A stretch of DNA of 64,000 nucleotides from an uncultured Verrucomicrobiae bacterium (GCA_963772365.1 CAVYXA010000003.1:224001-288000), one strand, 5' to 3'; counted from the first letter of the stretch, positions 1 to 11,178 are shown. A program made the numbers and translations. Notes: generated by a model not told the origin, from the sequence alone.

Positions 1-4
1 AATT

Positions 5-2053
5 ATGAAAACCAATCTCCCGTCCAAACACAGCATTCTTCGGCGTAGCGTCTCTGTCCTCCTTTTTTCCGGTGCATTAGTGGCCGCGCTATGCGCCATC
101 ATGACCACGCGAGCTGTCAATTCTGGGCGTGGTCAGGACCAGGCCGCTCTGGCCAAGATCGCTCCCTGGGTGCTTGATCACACTGCCAATGGCCAGACAG
201 CGGAGTATCTGGTGGTGCTGGCGGATCAGGCCGACTTCAGCGCAGCGTACTCGATGTCGACCAAGCTCGAGAAAGGCCGTTATGTTCGTGACGTTCTCTG
301 GAACAAGGCACAATCCACGCAGGGTCCGATCATCGGGCTACTAAACCAACGCGGTGTCCAATATCGCTCGTTTTACATCGTCAACATGCTCTGGGTGAAA
401 GGCGATTTTAACCTGGCTATGGAATTGGCTGCACGGCCTGACGTTGCCCGGATCGAAGGCAATCCAGTGATTCATAATAATCTGCCGAATCCGACTCGGG
501 TTGAGAACGTGAGTCAACAACCGCAAACGCCAAATACGGTTGAGACCGGCGTCAACTACGTAATGGCTCCGCAGGTTTGGGCCCTCGGGGACACGGGCCA
601 GGGCGTGGTGATTGCTGGTGCCGATACCGGAATTCGTTGGACGCACAATGCGATTAAACCTCACTATCGCGGCTGGGACGGGGTGACTGCGAATCATGAT
701 TACAACTGGCATGACAGCATTCATGACAGTGTTGGTAATCCGTGCGGGAACGACTCCCCTGTGCCTTGTGACGACCTTGGCCATGGCACACACACGATCG
801 GTACTGCGATCGGCGACGATGGCGCGGGAAATCAGATCGGCGTTGCACCCGGCGCAAAATGGATTGGCTGCCGAAACATGAACTCAAACGATGGCACACC
901 AGCGCGCTATTCGGAATGCTTTGAATTCTGGCTTGCGCCCTATCCTGTCGGCGGCACACCGGCTCAAGGAGACCCGAGTCGTGCTCCGGACATAACGACG
1001 AACTCGTGGGAATGCCCCGCTTCAGAAGGTTGTTCGGCCCCTACTCTTTTGGCAGGCGTTCAAGCCCAGCTCGCCGCTGGCATTAACATGGTAGTGGCCG
1101 CCCAAAACAGTGGCCCGAGTTGCTCCACAGTTGCGAATCCGCCCGGCATCTATGGCGAGTGTTATTCGGTAGGGGCACTCAACACAGGTACAGATAACCT
1201 GGCTTCGTTTAGCAGCCGAGGTCCGGTCACGGCTGATGGCAGCAACCGAATCAAACCAGACATCGCCGCGCCCGGGACTGGGACGCGATCGGCTTACAAT
1301 ACCAGCGACACAGCCTACGCAAACCTGAGCGGAACCTCAATGGCGACACCGCACACCGCCGGTGTGACCGCGTTGCTTCTCTCGGCGCGTCCGGCTTACC
1401 GACAGAACCCGCTGGCCCAGCGCACGGTATTGAACAACTCAGCTGTCCATATTAACTCGAGCGACTGCAGCAGCAATGGAACTTACCCGAACAATCTTTT
1501 TGGCTACGGCCGCATCAACGCTCTGGCCGCTTACAATTATGTCGGGCTCGTAAGCGGCGTCTCGCGTAAGACGCACGGTGCGGCGGGTACCTTCGACATC
1601 CCGTTAGTGTTCGGCGGTGATCCATCGGTTGAATGCCGTTCCAGCGGAGGCAATCACACGTTTGTATTCACGTTTAACAACGCTCTGATGAGTGGAAGCG
1701 CGACAGTTACGGCCGGTGTGGGCACAGTGTCGGGCAGCCCGGTGATTTCGGGAAACACGATGACGGTGGATCTGACAGGCGTAGCGGACGTGCAGCGACT
1801 GACTCTAACGTTGCAAAATGTCACCGACACAAGCTCACAGGTAATGCCGGACACAGCAGTCACGGTGAAGTTTTTGGTTGCCGACACCAGCAACAACGGA
1901 GTGGTCAACGCCTCGGATATTGCGCAGACAAAGGGGCAGGTTGGCTTAGCGGTTACCAGCATGAACTTCCGTCAGGATGTCAATGTAAGTGGCACGTTGA
2001 CCTCGGCTGATGTGACCATCGTGAAGGCTAATAACGGCCACAGCGTCCCTTAA
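5..2053 (+). CDS. Secreted S8 (subtilisin-family) serine peptidase with C-terminal SRKxHG/dockerin-like module
   Basis: Hydrophobic N-terminus; catalytic triad motifs ADTG, HGTHT, GTSMATPH; C-terminal SRKTHGAAGTFDIPL plus two EF-hand-like repeats (DTSNNGVVNASDI, DVNVSGTLTSADV). Confidence 0.93.
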   Translation: MKTNLPSKHSILRRSVSVLLFSGALVAALCAIMTTRAVNSGRGQDQAALAKIAPWVLDHTANGQTAEYLVVLADQADFSAAYSMSTKLEKGRYVRDVLWNKAQSTQGPIIGLLNQRGVQYRSFYIVNMLWVKGDFNLAMELAARPDVARIEGNPVIHNNLPNPTRVENVSQQPQTPNTVETGVNYVMAPQVWALGDTGQGVVIAGADTGIRWTHNAIKPHYRGWDGVTANHDYNWHDSIHDSVGNPCGNDSPVPCDDLGHGTHTIGTAIGDDGAGNQIGVAPGAKWIGCRNMNSNDGTPARYSECFEFWLAPYPVGGTPAQGDPSRAPDITTNSWECPASEGCSAPTLLAGVQAQLAAGINMVVAAQNSGPSCSTVANPPGIYGECYSVGALNTGTDNLASFSSRGPVTADGSNRIKPDIAAPGTGTRSAYNTSDTAYANLSGTSMATPHTAGVTALLLSARPAYRQNPLAQRTVLNNSAVHINSSDCSSNGTYPNNLFGYGRINALAAYNYVGLVSGVSRKTHGAAGTFDIPLVFGGDPSVECRSSGGNHTFVFTFNNALMSGSATVTAGVGTVSGSPVISGNTMTVDLTGVADVQRLTLTLQNVTDTSSQVMPDTAVTVKFLVADTSNNGVVNASDIAQTKGQVGLAVTSMNFRQDVNVSGTLTSADVTIVKANNGHSVP

Positions 2054-2113
2054 TCGGCCCGAACCCGCCAAGAACCATGTCTCAGACAATTCAACAAAAC
2101 GAAACCTCATACA

Positions 2114-4159
2114 ATGAATAGAAATCTCATATCCAAAAAAGGCGTGCTACGACGCGCATTCTCGATCCTTCTTTTCACCAGCGCATTGGTGGTCGCACTA
2201 TGCGCCATCATGACCACGCGAGCTGTCAATTCCAGGCGTGGTCAGGACCAGGCCGCTCTGAGCAAGATCGCTCCCTGGGTGCTTGATCACACTGCCAATG
2301 GCCAGACAGCGGAGTATCTGGTGGTGCTGGCGGATCAGGCCGACTTCAGCGCAGCGTACTCGATGTCGACCAAGCTCGAGAAAGGCCGCTATGTTCGTGA
2401 CGTCCTTTGGAACAAGGCGCGATCCACCCAAGGACCGATCATCGGGCTACTAAACCAACGCGGCGTCCAATATCGCTCGTTTTACATCGTCAACATGCTC
2501 TGGGTGAAAGGCGATTTTAACCTGGCTATGGAATTGGCTGCCCGGCCTGACGTTGCCCGGATCGAAGGCAATCCAGTGATTCATAATAACCTGCCGGTTG
2601 CATTGCCGGCGTCGATCACGGCACAACCGGAAGCGCCATCCACAGTCGAGCCCGGTGTCAATTACGTAATGGCTCCGCAGGTCTGGGCATTAGGTTACAC
2701 GGGACAAGGGGTTGTGATTGGTGGCGCGGACACGGGTGTTCGCTGGACGCACAACGCCATTAAACCTCACTATCGCGGCTGGGACGGGGTGACTGCCAAT
2801 CACGATTACAATTGGCATGACAGCATTCATGACAGCGTCGGGAATCCGTGCGGGAACGATTCGCCGGCACCCTGCGACGACTTTTTCCACGGCACCCACA
2901 CGATCGGTACTGCTATCGGTGACGATGGCGGTACAAACCAGATCGGCGTTGCACCCGGTGCGAAATGGATTGGCTGCCGAAACATGGACGCAGGGAATGG
3001 CACGCCGGCGCGTTACAGCGAGTGCTTCGAGTTTTGGCTTGCGCCGTATCCCGTAGGCGGGACGCCAGCACAAGGTGATCCCAGCCTCGCTCCGGATATT
3101 ACAACGAACTCATGGAGCTGCCCAACGTCGGAAGGTTGTTCGGCTGGCACACTCCTGCTGGGCGTTCAAGCCCAACTGGCAGCTGGCATTAACACGGTCG
3201 TCGCCGCCCAAAATAGCGGACCAAACTGTTCGACAATCACGGATCCACCGGGAATCTACGCGGAGTGCTATTCCGTAGGCGCGCTGACAACGGGTACGGA
3301 CACTCTCGCGTCCTTCAGCAGTCGTGGCCCAATCACTGTCGATGGAAGTAATCGTCTTAAGCCGGACATTAGTGCTCCTGGCACGAGCACACGCTCCGCG
3401 ACGAACACCAGTGATACCGCCTATACTACAGCGAGCGGCACATCTATGGCGACACCGCACACCGCCGGTGTAACTGCCCTGCTCCTCTCGGCACGTCCGG
3501 CTTACCGACAGAACCCGCTGGCCCAGCGCACGGTCCTGAACAACTCGGCTGTCCATATTAACTCGAGCTTATGCAGCAGCAACGGAACTTATCCGAACAA
3601 TTTGTTTGGCTACGGACGGGTTAACGCTCTGGCCGCTTACAATTACGTCGGACTCGTGAGCGGTGTCTCGCGTAAGACACACGGGGCGGCGGGTACCTTC
3701 GACATCCCATTGGTGCTCGGCGGTGATCCATCGGTTGAATGCCGTTCCAGCGGAGGCAATCACACGTTTGTATTCACGTTTAACAACGCTCTGATGAGTG
3801 GAAGCGCGACAGTTACGGCCGGTGTGGGCACAGTGTCGGGCAGCCCGGTGATTTCGGGAAACACGATGACGGTGGATCTGACAGGCGTAGCGGACGTGCA
3901 GCGACTGACTCTAACGTTGCAAAATGTCACCGACACAAGCTCACAGGTAATGCCGGACACAGCAGTCACGGTGAAGTTTTTGGTTGCCGACACCAGCAAC
4001 AACGGTGTGGTCAACGCCTCGGACATTGCGCAGACAAAGGGGCAGGTTGGCTCACTGGTCACAAGCGCGAACTTCCGTCAGGATGTCAATGTAAGCGGCA
4101 CGTTGACCTCGGCTGATGTGACAATTGTGAAGGCTAATAACGGCCACAGCGTCCCTTAA
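2114..4159 (+). CDS. Second tandem S8 serine peptidase, paralog of 5..2053
   Basis: Same architecture and triad; long stretches of DNA identical to the first copy. Confidence 0.93.
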   Translation: MNRNLISKKGVLRRAFSILLFTSALVVALCAIMTTRAVNSRRGQDQAALSKIAPWVLDHTANGQTAEYLVVLADQADFSAAYSMSTKLEKGRYVRDVLWNKARSTQGPIIGLLNQRGVQYRSFYIVNMLWVKGDFNLAMELAARPDVARIEGNPVIHNNLPVALPASITAQPEAPSTVEPGVNYVMAPQVWALGYTGQGVVIGGADTGVRWTHNAIKPHYRGWDGVTANHDYNWHDSIHDSVGNPCGNDSPAPCDDFFHGTHTIGTAIGDDGGTNQIGVAPGAKWIGCRNMDAGNGTPARYSECFEFWLAPYPVGGTPAQGDPSLAPDITTNSWSCPTSEGCSAGTLLLGVQAQLAAGINTVVAAQNSGPNCSTITDPPGIYAECYSVGALTTGTDTLASFSSRGPITVDGSNRLKPDISAPGTSTRSATNTSDTAYTTASGTSMATPHTAGVTALLLSARPAYRQNPLAQRTVLNNSAVHINSSLCSSNGTYPNNLFGYGRVNALAAYNYVGLVSGVSRKTHGAAGTFDIPLVLGGDPSVECRSSGGNHTFVFTFNNALMSGSATVTAGVGTVSGSPVISGNTMTVDLTGVADVQRLTLTLQNVTDTSSQVMPDTAVTVKFLVADTSNNGVVNASDIAQTKGQVGSLVTSANFRQDVNVSGTLTSADVTIVKANNGHSVP

Positions 4160-4181
4160 CGGGTTGGGTTGAAATATAATT

Positions 4182-4688
4182 TCAGGTGACGTTTGATTGC
4201 GGTTGCCGGGCAACGGTGACTCCTGGCGATAATCCGGGCGTGTTGAGATCGATCGTCTCACCGCCCTCGGTCTTGACCACTAATGTCGTATATTGCCATT
4301 CACCGGCCGCTTTCACCGCCACGACGTAAATCGTCCCCTTTGCTTTGCTGCCGGAGATCGGAATCGCGAGATTCGCCTGACCGGTGCCGCCACTGACATT
4401 GGTGCTGCCTGAGACAAATAGGCTTGCTCGAATGTCTGATCCAATGGCAAGTCGCACCCGCTCATCTGCTTTCGCGCGGGCAAGAGCTGTCTTATAAACA
4501 TCCGAAGATTTCATCGCGCCAAAAACGAGAAACACCATGCCCGTAACGAAAAGAAGAAAGAGAACGACCAGCGTCAGGCAACCGGTAGGCACGAACCATT
4601 TCCAGTTTCGCTGCCACCAATTGCGATTTCGCGATTGAGTCGAGAGCGGCGGGGATGATGACGGAATCGGCGGAGGTGTGGTGTCCAT
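4182..4688 (-). CDS. Membrane protein, cytochrome c oxidase assembly factor Coa1-like family
   Basis: WWQRNWKWFVPTGC, one TM helix, then ...GQANLAIPISGSKAKGTIYVVA...W pattern typical of bacterial Coa1-family proteins. Confidence 0.65.
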   Translation of the reverse strand: MDTTPPPIPSSSPPLSTQSRNRNWWQRNWKWFVPTGCLTLVVLFLLFVTGMVFLVFGAMKSSDVYKTALARAKADERVRLAIGSDIRASLFVSGSTNVSGGTGQANLAIPISGSKAKGTIYVVAVKAAGEWQYTTLVVKTEGGETIDLNTPGLSPGVTVARQPQSNVT

Positions 4689-4730
4689 TGCGATTTTTGT
4701 CTATCTGAAACGAGCAGAAGTCGAGCCGAT

Positions 4731-5644
4731 TTAACTCTGTTGTTCTCTGGGTGACAAAACTGTGAGCGCAGCCGGCTCACCACGATTTTGATTTTGATTT
4801 GCCCTTTCTGCATTTCCCTCTTCTTCGGCCATGGTTCGTCATCGAAGTGGATTATCGGTTTATCCCAAATCAATTTCAGCTTTCGGAATTTTTGAATCGA
4901 CAAGGGAAAGCTGGTCTTTCTTCCCGCTAACCGCGCATCAAGATATTTCATCAGAGTTGCGCGATCATCTTTGCGGACGAGGACCAAATCGAATCGTCCG
5001 TCTTTGATTCTGGCCCGAGGTGCGAGATAAAGCGCAGGTCCGATCGAACGAATGTTCATTGCTTCCCAGAGAATATAGCGATCTGAAAAATCCTGACCGT
5101 CAATATCGATCTTCCAGTGTTGAGCCTCATAATCGCGCAACATCTCGCGCATGAGTGATACGTGGCGCTTCATTTGCTGTTGCTTCGATAACTCTTCCGC
5201 CTTCTGGCCTTTTCCCTTGGTTGCCCGGACATGCTCTGCCAGCAAACCGCCGTCGGCGCTTTCGAAAAAGTATCGTTTTCCCCAAGGACCTTTGGCCACG
5301 CCGATATCGAATGTGCGCTTTCTGCCGCGCCTCAATTCAGCGATGATCTTTTTTGGCGGGTTCGCGAACCCCAGACTGCGGGCCAGATTGTTTGCTGTGC
5401 CCAGCGGAAGAACGCTGAAGGGAATGCCAGTGCCAATGAGACGAGAGGCCACTTTCGCGATTGTTCCGTCACCGCCTGCGGCGACGACCAGATCGGTTTT
5501 TTTTCCCAGCGCCTCGTGGTAACCGCGCTTCTTCGTGGATTGATATCGTACGTCATGTCCGGCAGCAATTAGGTCCGCCAAGAGCTCCCGCTTGTCGTGG
5601 TTCCCGCGACCGGCTTTGGGATTATGCATTAACGTGATTTTCAC
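4731..5644 (-). CDS. Diacylglycerol/lipid kinase family protein (apparent -1 frameshift near 4777)
   Basis: HNPKAG, AGGDGT, PLGTANNLA motifs; restoring one base gives C-terminus VKPAALTVLSPREQQS* (stop at 4731) and removes the overlap with the Coa1-like gene. Confidence 0.85.
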
Positions 5645-5706
5645 ATGCTTTCTCCGCAGAGAATTCGGCCAAAATCACTCCGACGCGCGTTTCTTACTAA
5701 GTGAAG

Positions 5707-6508
5707 ATGCGAATTCTGATTTCGAATGACGATGGAATTTACAGCCCGGGCATTCTAGCTTTGGCCAAAGTCGCCTGCCGGTTCGGCGACGTTCGCATCG
5801 TCGCGCCAGACGTCGAACAATCATCCATGGGCCACGCTATCACGGCGTCGCGTCCTTTGCGGTATCAGCGCATCCGGCTCGGGGGTTTTGAAGCGTTTCG
5901 GGTTAACGGAACACCGGCTGATTGCGTCGCGCTGGGGACGCATCATTGGGAACACATCGATCTTGTTCTTTCCGGAATAAATCTTGGTTTGAATCTCGGC
6001 AATTCCTGCTGGCATTCCGGGACATTGGTGGCGGCCAAGCAAGCTGCATTGCTCGGATTGCGCGGCATCGCCATTAGCACTTCTATGAGCGAAAGGAAAG
6101 AACCCGATTTTGACAAACTCGAACCGTACGTTCGCAAGGTCCATGACCTTGTTGATTGAGGAGAAAAAGATGTGCTTGATCAACGTGAACCTGCCTGAAA
6201 AACCGCGCGGCATTCGTTGGACGCGGCAATCAGTGAGGCAGTACGATGGCACAGTCGTGCCCGCGAAAGATCCGATGAATCGTCCGATCTTCTGGTTCAC
6301 CATCCGACCGCTCACCGGAGCGGAAAAAGGAACCGATCGTTGGGCCGTCGAGCACAATTGGGTTTCGATTACTCCGCTTCGGCTCGACCTCACCGCCGAA
6401 AACGATTTGGCTCGGGCTCTTGCTCTTCCTGAGACTTTGCCGTTGAGCGCGCCGAAAGCGCGCGGACGGCGAATGCGCAAACGAAAAAAGAAAAGCAAAT
6501 CCAAATAA
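5707..6508 (+). pseudogene. surE: 5'/3'-nucleotidase SurE split by a +1 frameshift at about 6141 (true pseudogene or sequencing error)
   Basis: ILISNDDG, GTPADCV, SGINLGLN, SGT motifs in 5701..6159; NVNLP and VSITPL motifs in 6110..6508; removing one C in gtccatg joins them. Confidence 0.88.
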
Positions 6509-6568
6509 ACAGACTGGCTTGGGCCAATTGGAAAAATTCGCGGAATTCTTTACTCTCATTGAACTTGC

Positions 6569-7300
6569 ATGATCTCGTTTGTGGTTCCGGCTTACAATGA
6601 AGAGGCCGAGTTACCATCGACAATCGCCGCTATCCGACTCGCAGCGGACTCAGGCGCGAAACAGCCGTATGAAATTATCGTAGTGAATGATGGTTCGACT
6701 GATGCGACGGCGGATGTAGCTGTTCATGCCGGTGCAAGAGTCATCTCGATTCATCGCCGCCAAATTGCCGCCGCCCGGAATGCCGGGGCGCGAGCCACGC
6801 ATGGTTCAGGTACCTTCTTTGTCGATGCTGATACCCGAATTAGCCGTGTTCACGTAGCCGAAGCCCTCGCTGCTCTCAACGCTGGTTGTGCGGGTGGCAG
6901 CGCCCGCGTTCAACCCGATGGATTTGTTCCCGCGTGGGGCCGCATTTTCGTTCAAACATTTGGCAGCATCTATTTCGGACTAAACTTCGGTGCGGGCGCG
7001 TTTCTTTTTACTACCCGGCGCAATTTCGATGCAATCAGCGGATTCGACGAACAATATTTTATCGGCGAAGAAGTATATTTCAGTCTGGCGCTACGAAAAC
7101 GGGGCCGCTTTAAAATTCTACAGGAACCGGTTCTGACATCGGGCCGGAAATTACGGATGTACTCTGCTGGAAAGATTCTAACACGATCTTTTTCGATAAT
7201 CGTGCGCGGTCCGCGAGGCGCTCGCTCACGAGATCGTCTCGATCTTTGGTACAGCGGGAAACGCGAGAATTCTATGTCGGCAGTTTCGACTCAAGGATGA
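6569..7300 (+). CDS. Glycosyltransferase family 2
   Basis: SFVVPAYNEE, VVNDGSTD, ARNAGA, FVDAD, GFDE, TSGRK. Confidence 0.9.
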   Translation: MISFVVPAYNEEAELPSTIAAIRLAADSGAKQPYEIIVVNDGSTDATADVAVHAGARVISIHRRQIAAARNAGARATHGSGTFFVDADTRISRVHVAEALAALNAGCAGGSARVQPDGFVPAWGRIFVQTFGSIYFGLNFGAGAFLFTTRRNFDAISGFDEQYFIGEEVYFSLALRKRGRFKILQEPVLTSGRKLRMYSAGKILTRSFSIIVRGPRGARSRDRLDLWYSGKRENSMSAVSTQG

Positions 7301-8348
7301 GCGGCTCGTCTTTTTCAGCGTGACCCTCGTCGCCGGCTGCCTTGCCGTTGCTGACCAAGTCAAAAAGCCCTGCATTCACCATTTCCTCGACGACGCGATA
7401 AATCTTTAGACTGCAAACACCGCAGCGCTGGCAAAGTTTTCCCAGTGACACCGGCTTACTGTAAGCGATCTGCCAGATGGTTTCGGCGAGGGGTCGAAGA
7501 TGATCGTGATCGGTCACGAGCCACGCAAAATTCAGCTGTTTGCGCTTGAGAGTAAGCGAGGGATCAGTCATCCGTTTGCACAGATCCTCAAATTCGTCGC
7601 GCATGTGGACGGCTTGGAGAAGCAGTTCATCGGCGCTGTGATGGATCGCGCTCTTCTCGGTCCACTCAGCGCTGGCAGTCGCTTTTTCTGAGAATGAAAA
7701 ACTCCAACCCTGGTGCGCCTCAATGAACAGTTGCCAGAATGCCTCTTCCCCGTCGAGTTGCCGGAAGCGGCCCCAGCGCGGGACACCTTTGTCGAAGGCA
7801 AATTCGCAGAGGGTGACGCCGTGTTCGTCAGCTATGATCAGGAGACCGCTTTGCATTGATCGCACAATCGTCTGGTAAATCGTGACGAGATCAAAGTTAG
7901 CGAGGCTGCCCATCAGCTCGCGCGGTCCATTTTGCGATCGACCGATTTCGCGAGCTTGAAATAACTGACGAGCGAGCTTTTGACTTAGAAAAAGGAAAAA
8001 AGAGGGAACCAACTTGAGAAGCTCGGGAAAATTCGCGCCCCGGAAACACTGCAGACTCAATGGCGCGCGGGCATGCGCTGTCCCGGCGCGCGGGAGCTCA
8101 AGAAATGCGCCGGTCTCCCCAAAGATATCGCCTCGTGAGAGCATGGTCGTCATCATCCCGGGGTACGGAGGGTCGGGAGTGATTTCGACTATTCCCCGAT
8201 TAACAATGTAAAGTTCCTCTCCAACATCTCCCGCTGAATAGACCAAGTCTCCCTGCGAAAAATGTTTCACCTCCGAAAATTTGCTGATGACCCGCAATTC
8301 CGACAGTTGCAGCGAGCTACAAAAGGTGAAAAAATCCTTTTCCGTCAT
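7272..8348 (-). CDS. Cyclic nucleotide-binding domain plus DUF4388-like domain protein
   Basis: [13 protein letters not shown] and GDIFGE...PRAGTA cNMP motifs; [13 protein letters not shown]...SGLL DUF4388-like segment; ATG at 8348 follows GAAAGGGG (ORF track extends to 8432). Confidence 0.75.
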   Translation of the reverse strand: MTEKDFFTFCSSLQLSELRVISKFSEVKHFSQGDLVYSAGDVGEELYIVNRGIVEITPDPPYPGMMTTMLSRGDIFGETGAFLELPRAGTAHARAPLSLQCFRGANFPELLKLVPSFFLFLSQKLARQLFQAREIGRSQNGPRELMGSLANFDLVTIYQTIVRSMQSGLLIIADEHGVTLCEFAFDKGVPRWGRFRQLDGEEAFWQLFIEAHQGWSFSFSEKATASAEWTEKSAIHHSADELLLQAVHMRDEFEDLCKRMTDPSLTLKRKQLNFAWLVTDHDHLRPLAETIWQIAYSKPVSLGKLCQRCGVCSLKIYRVVEEMVNAGLFDLVSNGKAAGDEGHAEKDEPLILESKLPT

Positions 8349-8451
8349 CCCCCTTTCGAATAGCAAGAGTTGTGCGGGAAACGGTGATCTTCGCAGCAGG
8401 ATCGACAACACTTGCGAATCAGCATTATTCATCTACAATAGGCCCTTCGAA

Positions 8452-8715
8452 ATGGCAGAGAACACGGAAACGTTGAGTCTCAAGGAATTCCAGCTGCACG
8501 ATAAAGACACCGGCAGCGCAGATGTGCAGGTCGCGCTTTTAACGCGCCGGATCGAGCATCTCACGGAGCACCTTAAGACTAACCGCAAAGATCATTCGTC
8601 GCGGCGCGGCCTGTTAAAGATGGTCGCGCACCGCCGCAGTTTGCTCGATTATTTGAGCAAAACGCAGGCTGATCGGTACAAAAAGCTGATCGACCAGTTG
8701 AATCTGCGGAAGTAA
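8452..8715 (+). CDS. rpsO: 30S ribosomal protein S15
   Basis: [16 protein letters not shown]...HL...[13 protein letters not shown]; directly upstream of pnp. Confidence 0.97.
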   Translation: MAENTETLSLKEFQLHDKDTGSADVQVALLTRRIEHLTEHLKTNRKDHSSRRGLLKMVAHRRSLLDYLSKTQADRYKKLIDQLNLRK

Positions 8716-8774
8716 ACGTAGCGATTTTTCGGCAGGCGATTCCGAGCTCAGAAGCCAGAGAACAATAACAGCAG

Positions 8775-8891
8775 TCCAGGTCGTAGTAATCACCTTGGAT
8801 TTTAGGTTTTAGTTTCGACGGAGCGACGCTCGTGGCAGCGAGCGATTCCTCGTGCGGGTTTAAAACCTATAGTCGAGGTGACCGGCCTGGA
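8775..8891 (+). promoter_or_regulatory. Long imperfect stem-loop in the rpsO-pnp intergenic leader (candidate RNase III processing site)
   Basis: Nested pairings TCCAGG/CCTGGA, TCACCT/AGGTGA, TAGGTTTTA/TAAAACCTA, CGCTCG/CGAGCG. Confidence 0.65.
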
Positions 8892-8912
8892 ACTCACATC
8901 CAGGAAGGTAAA

Positions 8913-11072
8913 ATGCAACATAAGGTCACGGCCCAAATCGGGGCTCATCAGGTCTCTATCGAGACAGGCAAAATCGCCAAACTCGCAGACGGCGCAGTAA
9001 TCGTCTCCTGCGAAGACACCGTGGTAATGGTAAGCGCAGTCTCAGCCACCACGATCAAAGAAGGTCAGGATTATTTCCCGCTCACTGTGGATTACCGTGA
9101 AAAAGCGGCCGCCGTGGGAAAATTTCCAGGCGGATATTTCAAGCGTGAAGGTCGCCCTACCGAAAAGGAGACGCTCACTTCACGCATGATCGACAGACCG
9201 CTGCGGCCTCTTTTCCCACAGGGATATTTTTACGATACGCAGATCATCTCGATCTTGCTGAGCGCCGATGGCCAAAATGATCCCGATATTCTGGCGATCA
9301 ACGGTGCTTCGGCAGCGCTCAGCGTTTCCGATATTCCATTTGCCGGGCCGATCGGAGCTGTTCGGGTCGGTCGGGTGAACGGCCAATTCGTTGCCAATCC
9401 AACGCACGATGAGAGGACCGAAAGCGATCTCGATCTGGTTTATGTCGGGACTGAGAACGATGTGATCATGATTGAAGGCGCGGCTAACGAGCTGCCCGAG
9501 GCCGAGTTCGTCAAAGCTCTCGAGTTCGGTCATCAGCATGTGCGCGAAATGATTCGAATCCAAAAGGAGCTGGCTGCGCAAAACGGCAAACCCAAACGCG
9601 AAATGCCGCTCATGCAGGTCAAACCGGAGTTGCTCGAAATTGCCTATAAAGTAGCAGGCGATCGCATTGAAGGTGCGCTTTACACCGCGGGCAAGGTCGC
9701 GCGCAGCAAAGCGGTCGAAGCATTACGCGAAGAAGTGAAGACGTTGATCCTGGCGCAATTTCCGGAAACGGATGCCTTCTCGATTTCACAGGCATTCGAT
9801 TACGTCCAGAAGAAAGCCTTTCGAATCAGCATTCTCGAGAAACAAAAACGGGTGGATGGCCGAGGTTATCAGGATTTGCGTCCGATCAGTTGCGAAGTCG
9901 GTGTGCTACCTCGCTCACACGGTTCCGCGATTTTCCAGCGCGGCGAAACTCAGGCGCTGGCTCTGGCCACCCTCGCGCCGATGGAAGAAGCGCAAATGCT
10001 GGATGCTTACGGGGGCGGCGAGCAATCGAAGCGCTTCATCCTGCATTACAATTTTCCGCCGTTTAGTGTCGGTGAGACGGGTCGGACAGGCGGGCCGGGC
10101 CGGCGTGAAATTGGGCACGGCGCTTTGGCCGAGCGCTCGATCGAGCCGGTTGTTCCCAGCGAAAACGAATTCCGCTATGCGATTCGGATCTCGAGCGAGA
10201 TCATGGAATCGAATGGTTCAACCTCGATGGCCAGCGTATGCGGCGGAATGCTGGCGTTAATGGATGCCGGCGTGCCGATGAAAGAAGTGGTCGCCGGAAT
10301 TTCCATCGGTCTGGTAACCGAGCACGCCGAAGATCGACAGCTGAAACGCTACGAGTTGCTGACCGATATCATCGGCTCGGAAGATCATTTTGGAGACATG
10401 GACTTCAAACTTTGTGGCACCGACAACGGTATTACTGGCTTTCAGCTCGACCTGAAACTGCCAGGAATCAGTCACAAGATTATGGCCGAAGGAATCCAGC
10501 GCGCCAAAGAAGCCCGCAGCAAGATTCTCGAAATCATGCGCGGTGTTATTGCAAAACCGCGAACGGAATTGTCGAAGTACGCGCCACGCATTGAGACAAT
10601 CAAGATCAATCCGGAAAAGATCGGAGCGTTGATCGGCCCCGGCGGTAAAACGATCAAGGGAATCGTGGCCGAAACCGGAGCGGAAATTAACATCGAAGAT
10701 GACGGTTCGGTGCACATCTACGCCACCAGCGGCGAGAGTATGGCCCGCGCGAAAGAAATTATCGGTGGGATGACGCGCGAAATCGAGATCGGAACGACCT
10801 ATCAGGGACGCGTCGTTTCGACCAAGGAATTTGGCGCTTTCGTCGAAGTTTTTCCCGGTAAAGATGGACTGGTCCATATCTCCGAATTGGCAGACTTCCG
10901 CGTCAAGCGCACCGAGGACATCGTCAAAGTCGGCGACGTCGTTTGGGTCAAATGCATCGGCATCGACGACAAAGGCCGGGTAAAACTTTCGCGTAAAGCC
11001 GCCTTAAAGGAACGCGCCGAAGCCGAGACCGGACAACCGGCTGAGCCAGCCTCGGCGCTAGAATCTGCCTAA
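8913..11072 (+). CDS. pnp: Polyribonucleotide nucleotidyltransferase (PNPase)
   Basis: [48 protein letters not shown] and S1 domains; ATG 8913 after AGGAAGG. Confidence 0.98.
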   Translation: MQHKVTAQIGAHQVSIETGKIAKLADGAVIVSCEDTVVMVSAVSATTIKEGQDYFPLTVDYREKAAAVGKFPGGYFKREGRPTEKETLTSRMIDRPLRPLFPQGYFYDTQIISILLSADGQNDPDILAINGASAALSVSDIPFAGPIGAVRVGRVNGQFVANPTHDERTESDLDLVYVGTENDVIMIEGAANELPEAEFVKALEFGHQHVREMIRIQKELAAQNGKPKREMPLMQVKPELLEIAYKVAGDRIEGALYTAGKVARSKAVEALREEVKTLILAQFPETDAFSISQAFDYVQKKAFRISILEKQKRVDGRGYQDLRPISCEVGVLPRSHGSAIFQRGETQALALATLAPMEEAQMLDAYGGGEQSKRFILHYNFPPFSVGETGRTGGPGRREIGHGALAERSIEPVVPSENEFRYAIRISSEIMESNGSTSMASVCGGMLALMDAGVPMKEVVAGISIGLVTEHAEDRQLKRYELLTDIIGSEDHFGDMDFKLCGTDNGITGFQLDLKLPGISHKIMAEGIQRAKEARSKILEIMRGVIAKPRTELSKYAPRIETIKINPEKIGALIGPGGKTIKGIVAETGAEINIEDDGSVHIYATSGESMARAKEIIGGMTREIEIGTTYQGRVVSTKEFGAFVEVFPGKDGLVHISELADFRVKRTEDIVKVGDVVWVKCIGIDDKGRVKLSRKAALKERAEAETGQPAEPASALESA

Positions 11073-11178
11073 CTGCGAATCGTTAAGGTAATAGTTGTCG
11101 GTGACGGTCCGCGGCGCGGCTTGTTAAGGTCAAGCGGGGCGCCTCTTGGATCTGCTCATTCTGCTCTTTGATAATCTA

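Noticed and set aside
5..4159. Diversity-generating retroelement template/variable repeat pair
   Set aside because: Differences are not adenine-specific, both copies are full genes and no reverse transcriptase is present
6130..6160. Programmed ribosomal frameshift in surE
   Set aside because: No slippery heptamer or stimulatory structure at the junction; a single extra base explains it
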